This document shows positions 39,155 to 58,088 of a DNA stretch of 64,000 nucleotides, piece by piece; position 1 is the first letter of the stretch, and each line of letters starts with the position of its first letter. The DNA comes from Octopus vulgaris (lineage: Eukaryota), in the NCBI GenBank assembly GCA_951406725.2, contig OX597815.1, positions 64,108,001 through 64,172,000 on the forward strand, in the 5' to 3' direction. The position numbers and the translations under genes were made by a program. Below the pieces are notes generated by a model. It was not told the DNA's origin. It worked only from the letters and a program-made list of their open reading frames with translations, and did not search any database.

Positions 39155-41415
39155 GCCTTTGCACAACTCCTAACACTGGAAATGTACTACAGTGTCACTA
39201 CCAGTGAACTAAGGTAACACCCCTTATTTTTCGAGCAACTTACGGAGTATTCGAGCGGGTCCAAGCAGTGCTGTTTTCTGCAAGTGCTCCACCCTTATTG
39301 CAGCTCCTATTTGTTCCATGTACTTCTCGAGATTTTTACTCACTGTTCCTAGGGCTTCAACAATTACTGGTACTACTGCTACCTTTTTCATCGACCACAA
39401 CTGCTTAACTTCCCAAGCTAACTTGTCATATCTCTCAACTTTCCTTTCTTCTTTATCGCATACCTTGTTGTCAGCTGGGCATGCTATATCCATGATCCAG
39501 CATAGTTTGTTATCTTTCTCAATTAGGACTATGTCTGGCTTCCTATTCTCTATCGCATGGTCGCATTGAATCATAAAATCCCATAGGATCTTTGCATTTC
39601 TATTTTCGACGATGCCTCCAGGTTTGTGGTCGTACCAATTTTTTGCTCCGTCAAGTTCATACTTGTTGCAAAGTGTCCAATGGACAAGCCTGGCTATATT
39701 GTCGTGGCGTCTCTAATATTCCTTCTGGGCTAGTGGCGTACAGTGGCAGGTAATATGCCATACGGTTTCACCGTTTTGTCAACAGATTCTGCACTTATCA
39801 CTTTCTGCTGTGTTGTCTATTCTGCATTTTATTGTTCTTAGTGCTTGCTCTTAGGTATCACAGATTAGAGTCTCCGTTTCCGGTTTTAAATCACTTTTTG
39901 TCATCCACAGCCATATTTTTCTCTGTCTGTCTTATCTTCAACATCTCTATGAAATTGATCATGCATTCTTTTCTTTACCCGCCTATTTTCAGTTTCATTC
40001 GTTTTCAAATTCTTGTATGGTGCTGTATCTTTGCAATCTTTCATCCTACACAAGCCTAACCTTCTTACTTCTAACAATAGCGGATCTGTGGCATTTTTTA
40101 CATACCATGCTATGTTGTTTCTTCTGCTCTAATGCAGTGTTCGCATCCAATAAGTCCTCTTCCCCCTCTTTTTCTTGGTACTTTTTCTTGTCACTTTTTG
40201 GGTAGAGTGTCCCATATCTAGTTAGGAACTTCCTTGTGTTTCTGTCTAAGCTGTTTAGTTCGTCTGCTGTCCATGCGATTACCCCTGCTCCATATCTAAG
40301 GAGTGAAACAGCCCAGGTGTTGATAGCTTCGATCTTATTCCGTCCGTTTAATTTTGACTTTAGGATCAGTCTCAGTCTGCGCAAGAACTTCACCTTAAAT
40401 TTTTCTGTCATGTCTTTCTCCTCCAATTTATCCATTTCCAATATCCCCAAGTACTTATAGCTCGTCTCTTCTATCTGCTTCATAACTTTCTCCAACAGTA
40501 TCATACATTTAATTTTGCCTCTCTTCAAGACTAACATACCACACTTTCTCAGTCTGAACTCCATTCTGATGTCAGCACTGAAGGTATACACCGTATCAAC
40601 GAGGGAACCGACCTGGGCTTCATCTTTACCATAAAGTTTGAGATCATCAATGGATAACAAATGGTTGAATTTTTGTTGACGGCTTTTGAATACATACCCA
40701 GGTTTTACTTTCCTCAGAATCAGTGTTACTGGTACCAAGCACAGTATAAAGATCAGTGGCGACAGGCAGTCCCCTTGCATGATGCGCCTTCTAATTTCTA
40801 CTGTCCCTAAACTTTTTCCGTATGCTGTCAGGTCCGTCCTCCAATTCGCTATACTTTTTCCAAGCAATCGCTCAACATTCGATGCAATACCAAATAGGTT
40901 AATACACTCCATAATCCAATAATGTGGGATCATATCGTACGCCTTACTATAGTCGATCTATGACGTGGTTAAATTACTTTTCCTCCTCTTGCAGTCTCTA
41001 AGTACAGTTTTGTGTATCAGGAGTTGATCCTTGATACCTCTGCACTTACGCCTGCAACTCTTCTGCTCATGTGGCAGGACTCCATTATTTTCCAGATGTT
41101 CGTACATTGACTCAAAGAAACCAGTATGAATGGACATGACACTCTCCCAAAAATTTCCACGTAAGTGGCAAACAGGATATCGGCCTGTAATTGTCTAACG
41201 TATTGCCTTTTTCGATGTATTACAGACACAGCACTGTCCTACCCAATGTCAACCACTCTGGTGTTACTTGGTCGGCATTTAACAAAGTGTTGAGTTGCGC
41301 AGCTATTCGTGCATGACATTCACCAAATCTTTTGATCCAGTAGCCTTGAACTCCGTCTGGTCCTGAGGCTTTCTATTTGCTAATTTTCACTTCCTTAACT
41401 GGAATGACTAGTTCT
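39155..41415 (-). mobile_element. R4/Dong-like RLE retrotransposon (second family), 5'-truncated
   Basis: RIMQGDCLSPLIF, HLLSIDDLKLY, YKYLGILE, RKPDIVLI...DIACP...KVERYDKL; 3' end abuts (ATT)n. Confidence 0.88.
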
Positions 41416-41504
41416 GCCAGTGGTCGCTGAGAGCGGTGCCTTGAAAAGAAGCAATTCAACCTGTTCTATTTGTAATTACTGGTAGGAAAAACAATAATAT
41501 TAAT

Positions 41505-41592
<88 letters not shown>

Positions 41593-42557
41593 TGATATTC
41601 ACGTTGCTGAATTTTTGAATTTCTGAATTCAATTGTGTTGTTGCAATAAAAGGTGTGTTTACGTATTTGGGTAATATATTAGCTTTTAAGTTTTCTTAAC
41701 ATGTTCGGTTATTTGTCCGGTTGGAGACTACAGTGGGACTTTTGCAATTAAAAGGATGTTTACATTTTCAAAAGAAAAGAAAACAATTTGTAGATAGTAA
41801 AGTTTTAAGATTTACTAAATATGGTTTTTTGTATGACCACACAGAGAGAAATGGTAGTGTTCTTAGAATAAAAATGAAAATCGTTTGTGTAGGTATGTAA
41901 GTATCCTATCTTATTTTATTTTGAGGGAGAGTTAAAATATTCACAGGAAATTGTAGATATTCCGATCTTTGGGAATAGCAGGAAGAAAGAGATGTTCACC
42001 TTGTTGGATTTTTGAATTTCTGAATTACTTTTTCTTTTTCTTTTGGAATTTTTCTTTTCTTTTTAAAAATTTTGCTGTGGTTTACACTCTTTGTAGTTGT
42101 GCAGTCTGTATAAATTGGCTGGTGCTTACTTCCTTACCTTTTTTTATCGTTTTTATTGTGTTGTTACAATAAAAGGCATGTTTACATATTCTGTTAGTCA
42201 GGGAAGAAGGGAAGACAAAGTGTTCACACAAAATTGGAGATATTAAAGTTTCTAAATTTTTTTGAGGTGTTCGTTTGTATGTCCGTTCAAAGAAAACTGG
42301 TGTTTTTTTTCTTTTTTCAACAAAAAGGATATTTACATTGTCGAATATTCAGGGAAAAAGATTTTAAAGCTGATTGTTTACGTGTTCGAAAGCTGTCGAT
42401 ATGTAAGTTCCTTAACTTATTTTGGGGGAATTTCAAAATACTCACTTTAGATATTCCAGTCTTTTAGAGTTATTTTTCAGTTGTCCTGCTGGGTTGTATA
42501 AGTATTTCTGTCTTCAGCTGCTGACAGGTCAGAGCAGCGAAGAACACGTCCAGCTAC

Positions 42558-42622
<65 letters not shown>

Positions 42623-42685
42623 GCTATTGTTATTGTTGTTGTTGTTGTTGTTATTATTACTGTTGTTGTTGTTGTTGTTGTTCTT

Positions 42686-45995
<3,310 letters not shown>

Positions 45996-46115
45996 CTTCA
46001 ACAGGTTCTTCTAACCCATTCTACCGATGTTATTAGATTTGTTTTTGAATGGAGATCCCGGTGTAGCACATCCATGTTGTTCTGTAGCATATCTATGTTG
46101 TAGTTGTTGTTGTTG

Positions 46116-46150
<35 letters not shown>

Positions 46151-46151
46151 G

Positions 46152-46211
<60 letters not shown>

Positions 46212-46729
46212 TTGAGGTGATTAACTGACATAATTTTGTCATTCCTCTTTTCGGGGTCGATTAAATAATTAACATGTCAAAATTGGAGTCGATGCAATCG
46301 ACTGGGCCCCTCACCCACTAAATTTTAGACTTTGTGCCATTAGTAGCAATGATTACACTGGTTTACCGAGAAATTGAGTCAAACATAGAAATAGTTGTTG
46401 TAGCCTAATTCTGGGCTGCTGATTTCAGGTACAAAACCAGTTTTCACTCATCACCTATAGTTTTTGAGTTATACATTATTATGATTTTGCATCAATTCAC
46501 ATAACCATATATGTCATCAATTTTTATTTTGTTTTCCAGATTTTTGTGATATATATATATAAATATCTCTATTTAGGCTTCAGGCACTTCAAAACACCGA
46601 GGATGCATCAACAAAGCAAACTCATTCTGACACGTGTGTGAGAATTTCACGACAGTTGCACAGCGCAGAACAACTACTTCCCTCCTGAGAACTACTTACT
46701 TTCATCATTTACAACTTTAGCAGTTTAGA

Positions 46730-48060
46730 TGAGGTTCGTTAAGGTTGTTAGGTCATTTCCCTTAATTCTTAAGATCTGTCTAAGAGCAACATTATATATC
46801 ATGATTATGTTGTCATTTTTTGCAGTGGTTCTCTATTGATGATGTCAGTAGACTCAGACTTGCTGAGTTCTCTGATAATATCTTCTTTTGCTTCTATGAT
46901 CTCTTTATTATTCACCTCAAACTCTGTCATACCTATTCTGGCCTTCTTGAGGTAGGTCTACTTTCTCCTCTTTTCCTGCATATCTCTTCTTCGCTATTCT
47001 TTCTTTAGCTTCTCCGTTGAGATGTACTGCTCGTACAATGGGGTCTGTGCCTCCCTCTGTTACCTATTTCATCTCTACCATGAGATATTTGTGTCCTAAT
47101 TTGGCTAATTTCAGCGTCAGTTAACCGTTTATTCTTAAAGATGTATCTACGTACATTACTTAGTTCATTTGGGTTTATATATCTGCACACTTCATTGCCT
47201 ACTAAGTTTCTCCATGAAATGTAAGATTGTACTATGAGATTATTGTTTGTTTATTCGGGCTGTATAGAAAGCTTTCAACACATCTCTATGACCCTCTATA
47301 GTTCATTTTATGCGTTTTGCTTTAGGCGATGTTTTTGGTGGCTCCACTACAGGTCTAGGGTTAGGGTTATAGTGGATCTGGTTACCTAGTAGATCGTGTT
47401 TTAGAGTGTTTATACCAGTAGCCGACCTTTCGACCCGTCTGGTTCCCCACTGAGTTACGAAGTCCTTTTTGTCCTGAGTGGTGACCGATCCAGCATGAGT
47501 TTTGGCTTGTCATTAAGGCATTGGCAGTGACAATAAGAGACGGGTCTATTTGTTCAGAGTTGTCTTTTTGACCTGACGCCGCTTCCTTGTTCTTCGAATG
47601 GCTATATTTATCATATTGTAGGCTGATAGATCAAAAATCGCCTCTATTTTTTTTTTATTTGGTAACTGTTTGGTTATGTTTTAAACTGAGTGACAAATTT
47701 GCTCCTTTTTATATTAGTTTATGAGAAGTCGCTTTGTTTTTGTTTGGTACGGCGTCGCTCGTGACACGCGTTTTTCCTTTTATTTTCCATGTGTGTACGA
47801 GTATGTCGTATAGGCATTGCTTATGTTGCTTATAAATATTAACATGTGCACATGGATGCGTGGACAGTTGCATGTATAGGCAATCATTCAAACTACGTAC
47901 TTACTGTGTAAACGATGTTTTTCAAGTTTCCTGATGCTGGTTTCGACGTCTCGCGTATGTTGCTCTGAGATATTGTGCATTTAACAAACTAACTATACTT
48001 TATATGACAAAAATCTTTCCCGTTTTTTAGTTCCTCTGCTTTAAAAGAACGTTTCCCACA
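46730..48060 (-). mobile_element. 5' part of an R4/Dong-like element
   Basis: RIK*TIEGHRD...YINPNELSNVRRYIFKNKRLTDAEISQIRTQI matches the N-terminal region of the 42785-45995 element (LANIRRNIIKKKLRTGLETDQIKQSV); leader shares motifs with 45650-45990. Confidence 0.6.
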
Positions 48061-48186
48061 GTTGTATTGCGAAATTTTCCTTCTATCGCACCGATTTTAT
48101 TGGATTGAGCTTGTTTTGTGGAGAGAGCTTCTTAGTGTACGTCCATGTTGTTATTCAGTTCGGAGCTGTTTTATTATTATTATTAC

Positions 48187-48321
<135 letters not shown>

Positions 48322-48589
48322 TATTACCTGCTGGACCCGTGAAAAATTCCCGGAAAATATTAAAAAATGTAGGCATCTGTAAATTCTGCGCTGGTGCTAT
48401 GAGAAATGTTTCCATATTGTGACAGTTATAGAATATAGAAAGTTGTGTAAAACCCATAGCTACATAAACCAACCAAAATATCTCAGTTACGCAAACGTAA
48501 ACAGAATTATTATTTAGCCTTAAAATACATCGTACATATTCAAAGAACCTTCTTGGTTTAGTGGTGCGGAATGTTCTACTGGTATTGTT

Positions 48590-48900
48590 TTATTCTTTTA
48601 CTTGCTTCAGTCATTTGGCAGTGGCCATGCTGGAGCACCACCCTTTAGACGAAGAAATCGACCCCTGGACTTATTCCCTGTAAACCTAATGCTTATTCTA
48701 TCTGCATCTTCTGCCGAACAGCTAAGTTACGGGGATGCAAACACATCAACATCGGTAGTCAAACAATGGTAGTGGTGGGACAAACACAGACACAAACACA
48801 CTCATAACGATATTATATATATATGACGGGCTTCTTTCAGTTTCCACCTACCAAATTCACTCACGAGGCTTTGGTCGGCCAAAGGCTATAGTAGAAGACA
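48590..48900 (-). mobile_element. SINE family 2 copy, 5'-truncated
   Basis: Homologous to 33100-33410. Confidence 0.8.
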
Positions 48901-49423
48901 GTCTTTAAAGTATAGAGTTGAATTTCGTGTAGCCACCTGTTGGCAACTGTTTTTCATCATCCATTTTGTAGGGGATATTACCCATTTTTCTGGGCTCTTT
49001 TCACAGCTATACTCCGTCCGAAATTTGCGTAAGTTTTTGTATCGAAAAAAAAAAAAAGGAGGGGCAGGGGCTTGTTTGTAGTTTGTAGAGAATACATAAA
49101 CATGCCTGAAAATATATGGTCTCCCCCACCCCAACTAAAAGACATGAAGAACTATGAAAGAAGGTGAATAAGTACCAGGGGTGGGGGAAAGAAGAGGGAA
49201 CTAACAGTCGATTGTTCTAGAACTCCCAGAATAAAAACGTAAACACCTGAAAGACTTTTCCTTTATTCGTTACTGAATGTCTTTCCTTCTTCATCATTGT
49301 TAAAAGTAAAGAAGCTAGAAAGGATCGATCGTATTTCAGTTTAATTGTCATTGTAAATGACTGATGCTTTCCTTTCTCTGTTTCTATCGCTTCACTTCTT
49401 TTCTCTGCGGTTAAGAGAGTGAA

Positions 49424-49732
49424 AGTGCGTGGCTCAGTCGTTAGGGGTATTCGGCCCCGATCGTAAAGTCGCGAATATCATTCCTTGCGACGCACTGTTT
49501 TTTTGAGCAAGGTACTCTACTTCACCTTGCTGCAGATGGCAAAAATGAGTTGTAGTTGTAATTCAAGGGGGCCAGCCCTGTCACATTCTGTGTGAGGCTG
49601 AGTCTCCCTGAGAACTACCTTATGGTATGCATGTCTGTGGATTATCAGCCACTTGCGCGTTAATCTTACGAGCAGACTCTTCGTTGATCAGATAAACAGG
49701 AACCTTGTCGTCGTAACCGATGGAGTGCCATT
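49424..49732 (+). mobile_element. tRNA-derived SINE family 3 (partial copies at 50050-50190 on + and 36836-37022 on -)
   Basis: gcgtggctcagtcgttagggg head; shared gggccagccctgtcacattctgtgtg...ctccctgagaactac block. Confidence 0.7.
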
Positions 49733-50506
49733 TTTTAAAAAGAGTGAAAGAAAAGGAAATGATCCATATCGTAAGTCAAAAATGTCATATGTTTAGTATA
49801 AGCAGTGAAAACTAAGACGAAATAATTGCTATTCCGCCGTCTGTTTGCCTTCGACTCACACTCAGTTTGATAACAACAGCCTGCACATTGATGTTTATCT
49901 GGAGGCTTGGCCTCCAGATCTGTGAGACCCACAAATGTCGCTGTTATGACCGGATTAACACCCACAGTGATCCTAACGACTAAAAAGATTTTCCTGTCCC
50001 TATATAGGATCTTTTGTCGTTTTCTTCCAATCATTTGAATGTTTATCTTGCTCCAGTCCACCCAGCTGGCCAAAATGAGTTGTAGCTGTAAGTCAAAGGG
50101 GCCAACCATGTCATATTCTGTGTGGAGCTGAATCTCCCTAAGAACTGCGTTAATAATATGCATGTCTGTAGAGTACACAGTCACTTGCGAATTAAGTTTA
50201 TCCTCGTGTGGTATTGAAAAGTGAAAATGACATCCGATTTTTGCTGTGTCTATGTGTCTATTACTAACTTTTCTTTGGATCTATGTATCTACTTTTCTAG
50301 CGATGGGATAAACATTTAAGAACACAAAACGAACGCTATCACCAGTCACTATCGCTGTCACTCCCCCTCTCTTTCTCGCTTTCTCTTCACACTCTTTTTC
50401 TCTCACTCTCTCTCTCTCTCTCTCTTTCTCTCTTACTCCCTCTCTGTCCGCCTATCTCTCGCTTTGACACTCGCTTCGTACAAAAAGAACAAATTAGCAT
50501 ATTACT

Positions 50507-50545
<39 letters not shown>

Positions 50546-50569
50546 GTTATTATTATTATTATTATAATT

Positions 50570-52706
50570 CAGTAGTTTTATTTTTATAGCGTGCTTTCAC
50601 TTCACTACCGAGCGCAGCTCTGTGTGCCTTGGGTATGTGCTGTGATTTGTTGTGATGCTCTGATGGTTATTGTATGGAAAGTGTTCTGCGTAGGATGTGT
50701 GCAGTGCCTAGTAGTGCAATTTTCTGTATGTTATATGTGTTTGTAAGTCCCGGTGTTTTTGTTATGTATTTGTCTGAATATTTTTTTATCATGCCTAATG
50801 CACCTACTATGATAGGAATTGTTTCTGTTTTCAGATTCCACATTCTAGTTACCTCTATTTCCAGGTCTTTGTATTTTGAGAGTTTCTCCATTTCTTTTAG
50901 AGATACGTTGTCATCTGCCGGTATTGATACATCAATTAGAAAGCATTTTTTTTCTTCATGATCTCTGACAACTATATCTGGTCTGTTGGCCTTAATTTCT
51001 CTATCTGTGTGTATCGGCATATCCCAGAGTATGGTTGCTTTCTCGTTTTCTGTGACCTTTTCTGGTGTGTGCCTATACCATCTTTTTTCTGTTGTTATTC
51101 CATAATGTTGGCATAGCTTCCAATGTATGTAGGTTCCAACTCTGTCATGTCTGTGAATATATTCCTTCTTAGCCAGGACTGGGCAGCTAGAGATAATATG
51201 ATTTATTGTTTCCTGTCCATCTCCACATATTCTGCAGTTACTTGTAATATTTCTTTTCATTACATGTTTTTGGTAATTTCTGGTGGGGAGGCTTTGGTCT
51301 TGTGCTGCAATTAAAAATCCCTCTGTTTCTGCTTTGAGTCCTGAGCTTCTCAACCATTTCTGGGATTTTTCTTTGTCTATTTCTTTTGCGTTTAGTTTAG
51401 TCCAGTATTTACCATGAAGGGGCTTTTCTTGCCATCGTTTTATCATGGTTCGTTGCTGTTCTATTTTTAGTTTGGATTTCATTTGTTTTATAGCTTTTGT
51501 TGTTTCTTCATCTTCTTCTTCTTCTTCTTCTTCTCCATGGTTATTAGGTCGTATGATTTCTTGTTTATATTTGTCAGCTTCCTTAAATACTGAGAACAGT
51601 TTTTTGTTTTGCTCGTGTTTTGCTGCTATCTGGATCAGTTTTCCTTCCTTCTGAAGTAGATATTTTTGCAGTCCTATGGTGGTTATTTTATAGTAGTTTT
51701 CCAGCTGTATAAGGCCTCTACCACCTTCTATACGTTGTATATATAGTCTTTCTATGTCAGATTTTGGGTGATGCATCCTAAATCCTGTCAGTATTTTTCT
51801 TGTTTTCCTATCTATTTTGGACAGTTCATTTCGTGTCCAGTTAAGGATATTGTAGCTGTAACTTATAACTGGGACAGCTAAAGTGTTGATACCTATCATC
51901 TTGTTTTTAGCATTGAGCTCTGTTTTTAGTATTGATCTAACTCGTCTATAATATTCTTTTTTATTTTCTCTTTCATTTGTGTGTGTTGTGTCTTATCTAG
52001 TTCATGGATTCCTAAGTATTTGTAAGTTTGGCTTTGGTCTAATTCTTTTATTTCATTGGTTTTATCTAGTGTGATATTGTTACTCTTAACTAGTTTTCCT
52101 CTATTCATGGTTACTTTGGCGCATTTTTCTAATCCAAATTTCATATCTATTTCTTTGGTAAATCCATGAACTGTCTTTAATAGTGTTTCCAGCTGTTTGT
52201 CATTTGCAGTGTATAGTTTTAGGTCATCCATATATAAAAGGTGGCTGATCGTTTTGCCGTAACATTTATATCCGCATCCAGTTCTATTTAGTATATCAGA
52301 TAGAGGTGATAGTGCCAAGCAGAAAAGGAGTGGAGAGAGCGTGTCTCCCTGGAATATTCCTCTTCTAATGGGGATGTCTTTGGTTTTCATGAGTCCCTCT
52401 TTTGTTTGGAGGTGTAGGACTGTTTGCCATTTATTCATAGAGTGCTTTATGAATTTTATGATTGTTGGTGCTACTTTGTTAATGGCTAGTGTTTCGAGGA
52501 TCCATGTGTGGGGGATGCTATCAAGCGCCTTTTTGTAGTCAATCCAGGCCATACTGAGGCCCTTCTTCTTTCTGTGGTTGTCTTCAGTTATGGCTTTATT
52601 AATCATTAGTTGATCTTTACAGACATATGAGCCTTTGCGGCATCCTTTCCGCTCTTCTGGGAACAGTTTGTTTTCGTCCAGGTGCTTGTTCAGCCTTTGC
52701 TGAACC
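50570..52706 (-). mobile_element. Well-preserved R4/Dong-like non-LTR retrotransposon, 5'-truncated (RT, CCHC, RLE)
   Basis: ORFs 51926-52606 and 50667-51899 join across one frameshift in an A-run near 51960; GIFQGDTLSPLLF, LYMDDLKLY, CRICGDGQETINHIISSC, RHD, RPDIVV...DVSIP...KLSKY; (TAT)n on both sides. Confidence 0.93.
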
Positions 52707-52861
<155 letters not shown>

Positions 52862-54990
52862 CGACTTTATTCAGAACTGGTCGTATTCCCGGTTAAATTT
52901 ATGCGGGTAGCGGGTTAGTACATGTAACCTTAGATATTCACAAGCTTTCAAAAATCTTTCAAGTGATAACCTTTCCTGTTCCTAAGTCACAAAATTTCTG
53001 TAGATGGTCTATAGGACATTCCATTCTAATCTCCTTCCACCATTTGTTTGTATCATACTTCATAGTTCCTAATGCACCAATAATTACAGGCACAACCTTT
53101 ACAGTTTTCATATTCCAAATTCTTTCGATTTCAAATTTTAAGCGATTGTATTTTTTAATTCTTCGTCTTTCTTCACAATTATAAAATCAAAGGGATATGA
53201 TGACTCAATCAGTCAGCAAATTCGCATTTCCTTGTCTATTATCATTATATCTGGTGTATTGTTTTTTTTTATCTTCTCATCCGTTTGAATTGGAAAATCC
53301 CATATAATTTTGCATTTTTCCGATTCAAGCATGATGAATTATTCCAAGTACAACCAGTTTCAAACCCCATTTCTGACAAAACTCTTCAATGAAGCACTTT
53401 CACAACTTGGTCATACCTCTATTTCTTCTATTCAAATCTCTTTCCACCGTTTGTTCCTGAACCAAGTTGAGACATCTGCAACAATGTGTGGCATTAATTC
53501 ATCCAGCATTCTACTTACCTTACATTTTGAAGACCCCTTCTCCCCATATACATATTTTCTCAACTTGTTGGTTTTTAACGCTTGATCTTCAACTGCTATA
53601 AGAATGCCCTTTCTTTTTTCAATTGCCCTTTATTTCAACCAAGTCCAGGTTTTTGTTCCACATACATCTCTAGTGTCTTTCCAAAACTAACCGTCAAACG
53701 TGTCTCATCAATCTGCTTAACATGCTCTCTTTGAATTTCATTCTTGTCCTTTTCTCCTACTCCACACTTGATCACCCCTTCCACAGCATTTAACTTTCTT
53801 CAAATACAACCAGTTCCTCTTCAAGTACAACCAGTTAATATCAACTTTTGGATAGTGGACTCCATACATAGTCAACAGTTTTCTAATATCCCTTTCAAGT
53901 TTTTGTCGCTTTTCGTCTACCCTACAATTCCAGCTCTATATCTGATAACAGGCAGTACCCTTGCATTTACCGCTCCAATAGCATTTTTAAAATCCAACCT
54001 TGACTTATATTTTTCTGACTCTTCTTGTATACTTCCTACAAGTAATTTGTATAATCTCTTCAAGTTTTATTTCCTCTTCCTCCAGTATTCCTGAAGACCA
54101 ATACCACAATCCTTTCTCAACTGCTTTCATTGTTTGCCCATTTGGCATTTCAATTCCTTGGCTTCCTTCAAATATTCTCCATTTCATTAACAATATAGTG
54201 CACTTTTCAGTTTCAGAATTCCATACCCAAAGTATATCATTTAAGAAAATGCGAAGTATGTACAACACTTTCAAGCTGCTGCTCATATTTTGCATAAAGC
54301 ATTATATCATTCATAAAATTATGATTTATCTTCCCAAATCATAAATATTTTGACTTCCCATAACATCAAACTAAGCAGTATCATGACCAATACAAGTAAC
54401 AGAGATAAACTATCACCTTGAAATATACCACGTCTGACGTTCACTTCCTCAAGTCTTTGTTTTTTTTCAATCAATTCAGTATTCCAAAGTTCTATACGTT
54501 CATTAACCATTTTCTCCATATTTCTGCCTCTCCAAACATTATTTTACTTAACCAATTATATGGTACTATATCATATACTTTTCTGTAATCCACCCAATGC
54601 TACGTCCAAACCCCTCAACCTGCGTCTGCAATTTCTAATTATTATTTTATCAACTAATAACTGGTCTTTAGTAGTCCTGCTTTGCTTCCTGCATTCTTTC
54701 TGTTCCACTGGAAATAAATTGTTACATTCCAGATGACTTTTCCACCAAGACACCAGTTATAAGCTTCCACATAAGTGGTAAACAGATTATAAGTCCACCG
54801 ATTGACCCCAATTTACCTTTCAAGGGATCTTTGGGACATAACAGCTTTTGTCCATATGTCATCTAGGTAGGGATATGTGCTTGCTGCAGGCATTCATCAA
54901 GGTGTGCTGCGATCCTTTCATGCAACTGTGTAGAATCTTCAGCCAGCAACCTTGTACTCCATCCGCGCCTGGTCTTTTCCAGTTTGGTAT
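52862..54990 (-). mobile_element. Degenerate R4/Dong-like element (fourth family)
   Basis: EQKEC...TKDQLLVDK, RRGIFQGDSLSLLL, NTPDIMI relics. Confidence 0.75.
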
Positions 54991-55574
54991 ATTTTTACGC
55001 ATATATTTATTCATACATTTATATATTTATTTTCAGCCATAGTTTCATCACTTATGTGGTAACATTAGGTTCTTAGAATTTTCCGGAAAAGTATTCTTAA
55101 TTCTAGTTTTCATAATTTTTTATGGGTTTGCTGATGTTTGCTATGTACACACAAATATATGTATATTCCTATAAGAGTAAGTGTGAGAGTGAACGAGAAA
55201 GAATATCGATATGAACATGTGCGTGTGTGTGTATGTGTGCGTGTGCGTGCGCGCGGGTATACACTCACAAACAAATATACTTATATACATATATATCGTA
55301 TGCATATAATACACAGTGAATAAAAAATTCCTGTATATGAAAATGTATTCATATAGAGTCATCTATCTATGTATCTATTTATCTAGTTATCTATCCTATT
55401 ACCTATCTATATCTATATACGTGTATATGTATGTATGTGTGTGTGTATGTGGGGGTGGGTGTGGGGGTGGAGAGAGAGGGACAGAGACAGCTTCAAAGAC
55501 AGCTTCAAAGACAGACAGATAGATAGATAGATCATTAGACAGATAGATTTCTCGACAGCTATTCATAAATATAC

Positions 55575-55617
<43 letters not shown>

Positions 55618-55666
55618 CATACATATACACACATATGTATACACACACATACACACACACATACAG

Positions 55667-55700
<34 letters not shown>

Positions 55701-55934
55701 TTCATACTTATATACATACGAAGAAAATACAACATGTAAACACCAACATAACAAATTACAGAAATGTATGCGTAGCTACATGCATGATAACAGAGAAACA
55801 CACCACATACGAACCTACATGCAAATATAAATTAAACACAAAAGCAGAACATATACACCCACTCATTACTGCTCACATGTTTTTATACAAAAAAAAACAG
55901 AACAATTATAGACACACACATATATGTATATATG

Positions 55935-55980
<46 letters not shown>

Positions 55981-56030
55981 CACATGTATATACATGCGTA
56001 TGTGTATATATAAGTGTTTATATATATACA

Positions 56031-56067
<37 letters not shown>

Positions 56068-56720
56068 GTACATATATATATATATATATACATATATACA
56101 TATATACATATATATATTTATATATATTTATATGTCTATATGTGTGTGTGCGTGTGCGGGTGTGTGCGCGTGCGGGCGTGTGTGTGCACGCGCGTGTGTG
56201 TGTGTGTACGCGCGCGCGTGTGTGTATATATCTTTACAGGGAGATTTTTATCTTAGAGCGGAAAAATATTGTATGTCGTTACAAGTCTTTTTCGTCGTCG
56301 TTATCTGAAAATATTGTTTTGTTGCACTCAGCGATCGATATTTCAAAACGTATTTCACGATTTTACCTTAGCAGCGAACGTAGAGTGTATGTAAATTCAA
56401 GTTGGTTGTTTAGTATTAAATATTTAGTATTTTCCAGATGCTGACTAGAAAATAAGGTTAATACATCAAAATAATGAAGTCTTTCGCAGCCACATCAGCT
56501 ACTGACATTTTTAGAATATATAATTATACACTCATTAAAGCATAAGCATTAGAAAATTTTAAAATACAGAAGCATAGAAAACATCTGGAATAATATGTAT
56601 ATGCTGTGTGCTTGTGCCTGTGTGTGTGTGTATGTGCGTGTGCGTGTGAGTTTGTTGTGTGTGTTTGCTTTATATATGTATGTATATACACACATATAAC
56701 ATTGACAGAGTGGATATAAA

Positions 56721-56751
<31 letters not shown>

Positions 56752-57059
56752 CATACATACATATACGTAAATGTCAGACGATGAAAATGAGTTCTCAACA
56801 CTGCATTGGTGAATATAATTTCTATTTTGTGAATTAAAACTACCATTGGTTTCATGTTAGGAAAAGTACGAAAATATCCTAGTGTCTTAACAATTTTTCA
56901 ATCCGATCACTATTTTGGAAAACACAGCCCCGTTTAGTTCACGGGGCTTGTCATAAATTCACGTGGATAAAACACTGTATCAGTGAATCAAGTGAATCAG
57001 TAAATCAGTGAATGGAGGGACGTTACTCTTGGTTGGCATCCTTTAGATGTTTGTCTCCC

Positions 57060-58031
57060 TTTCGTCATTGCTGTGATGTAAACTGGAACCTACTGATTTG
57101 CTCGCGGGCCCAATTAATTGCGTTATGAACGAATCAGTGATTTATGTTCTGCTATTTCAACAGACGTGCTTCATCACTGATACGCCATACAGAGTCCAGA
57201 CACAAGCCTATTCAACTATGTTGCTGCACATAGTATACGAAAAATTGTTGTGTGGTTAATTTGTATGCATGGTTTTGCTTTTGTTCTCTGCGTGGTGTTC
57301 TTATACTTATATGCTGAGTTAGTTCATCATTGGGGCATATTTCTTTTGTGTGTGGAGTTTGTGTGCTATATGTGTTCACGTTTAGGAAAGGGATTATCCT
57401 GGTGGGATTACCGTCGCAGATAGTGGCTCTTCTTTGATATATTTGAGTGTAAAATATTGCTTGTGAATCCAGGGAGAAGTGAAAAATAGGGCAGTTTATA
57501 TAAACGAGAACCAGTTTTGACGTAGATCAATGTTAACCGGAAGATACTATGATATTATTGAAGAGTGGACGTAATGTTCTGCTTCAAAGAAAGTATATAT
57601 ATGATTGTTTGTTTGTGTGTGTATGAGTGTGTACATACATGCATACAAACAAACAAACAAACAAACAAACAAACAAACAAACAAGCAAAAATACCCTGTT
57701 GTTGATGTTGAAATTCCAACGAAGGAGGCTTGGATCTAGGTTACAAACCGTTTCTTTCTCTATTAGCTAGAAATCTTGAAATAAATTGAATAATCCTTTC
57801 TACTCCAGGCACAAGGCCCGAACATTTTGGTGAGGGGCCAGTCGATTAGATCGACCCCAGTATGCAACTGGTACTTAATTTATCGACCCCGAAAGGATTA
57901 AAGGCAAAGTCGACCTCGGCGGAATTTGAACTACCGCTAAGCATCTTGGCCAGCGTGCTAATGTTCCTGCCAGTTCCTCGCCTTGAAATAAACTGAATAA
58001 TGACATACATGCACATATACACATATACATC

Positions 58032-58088
<57 letters not shown>

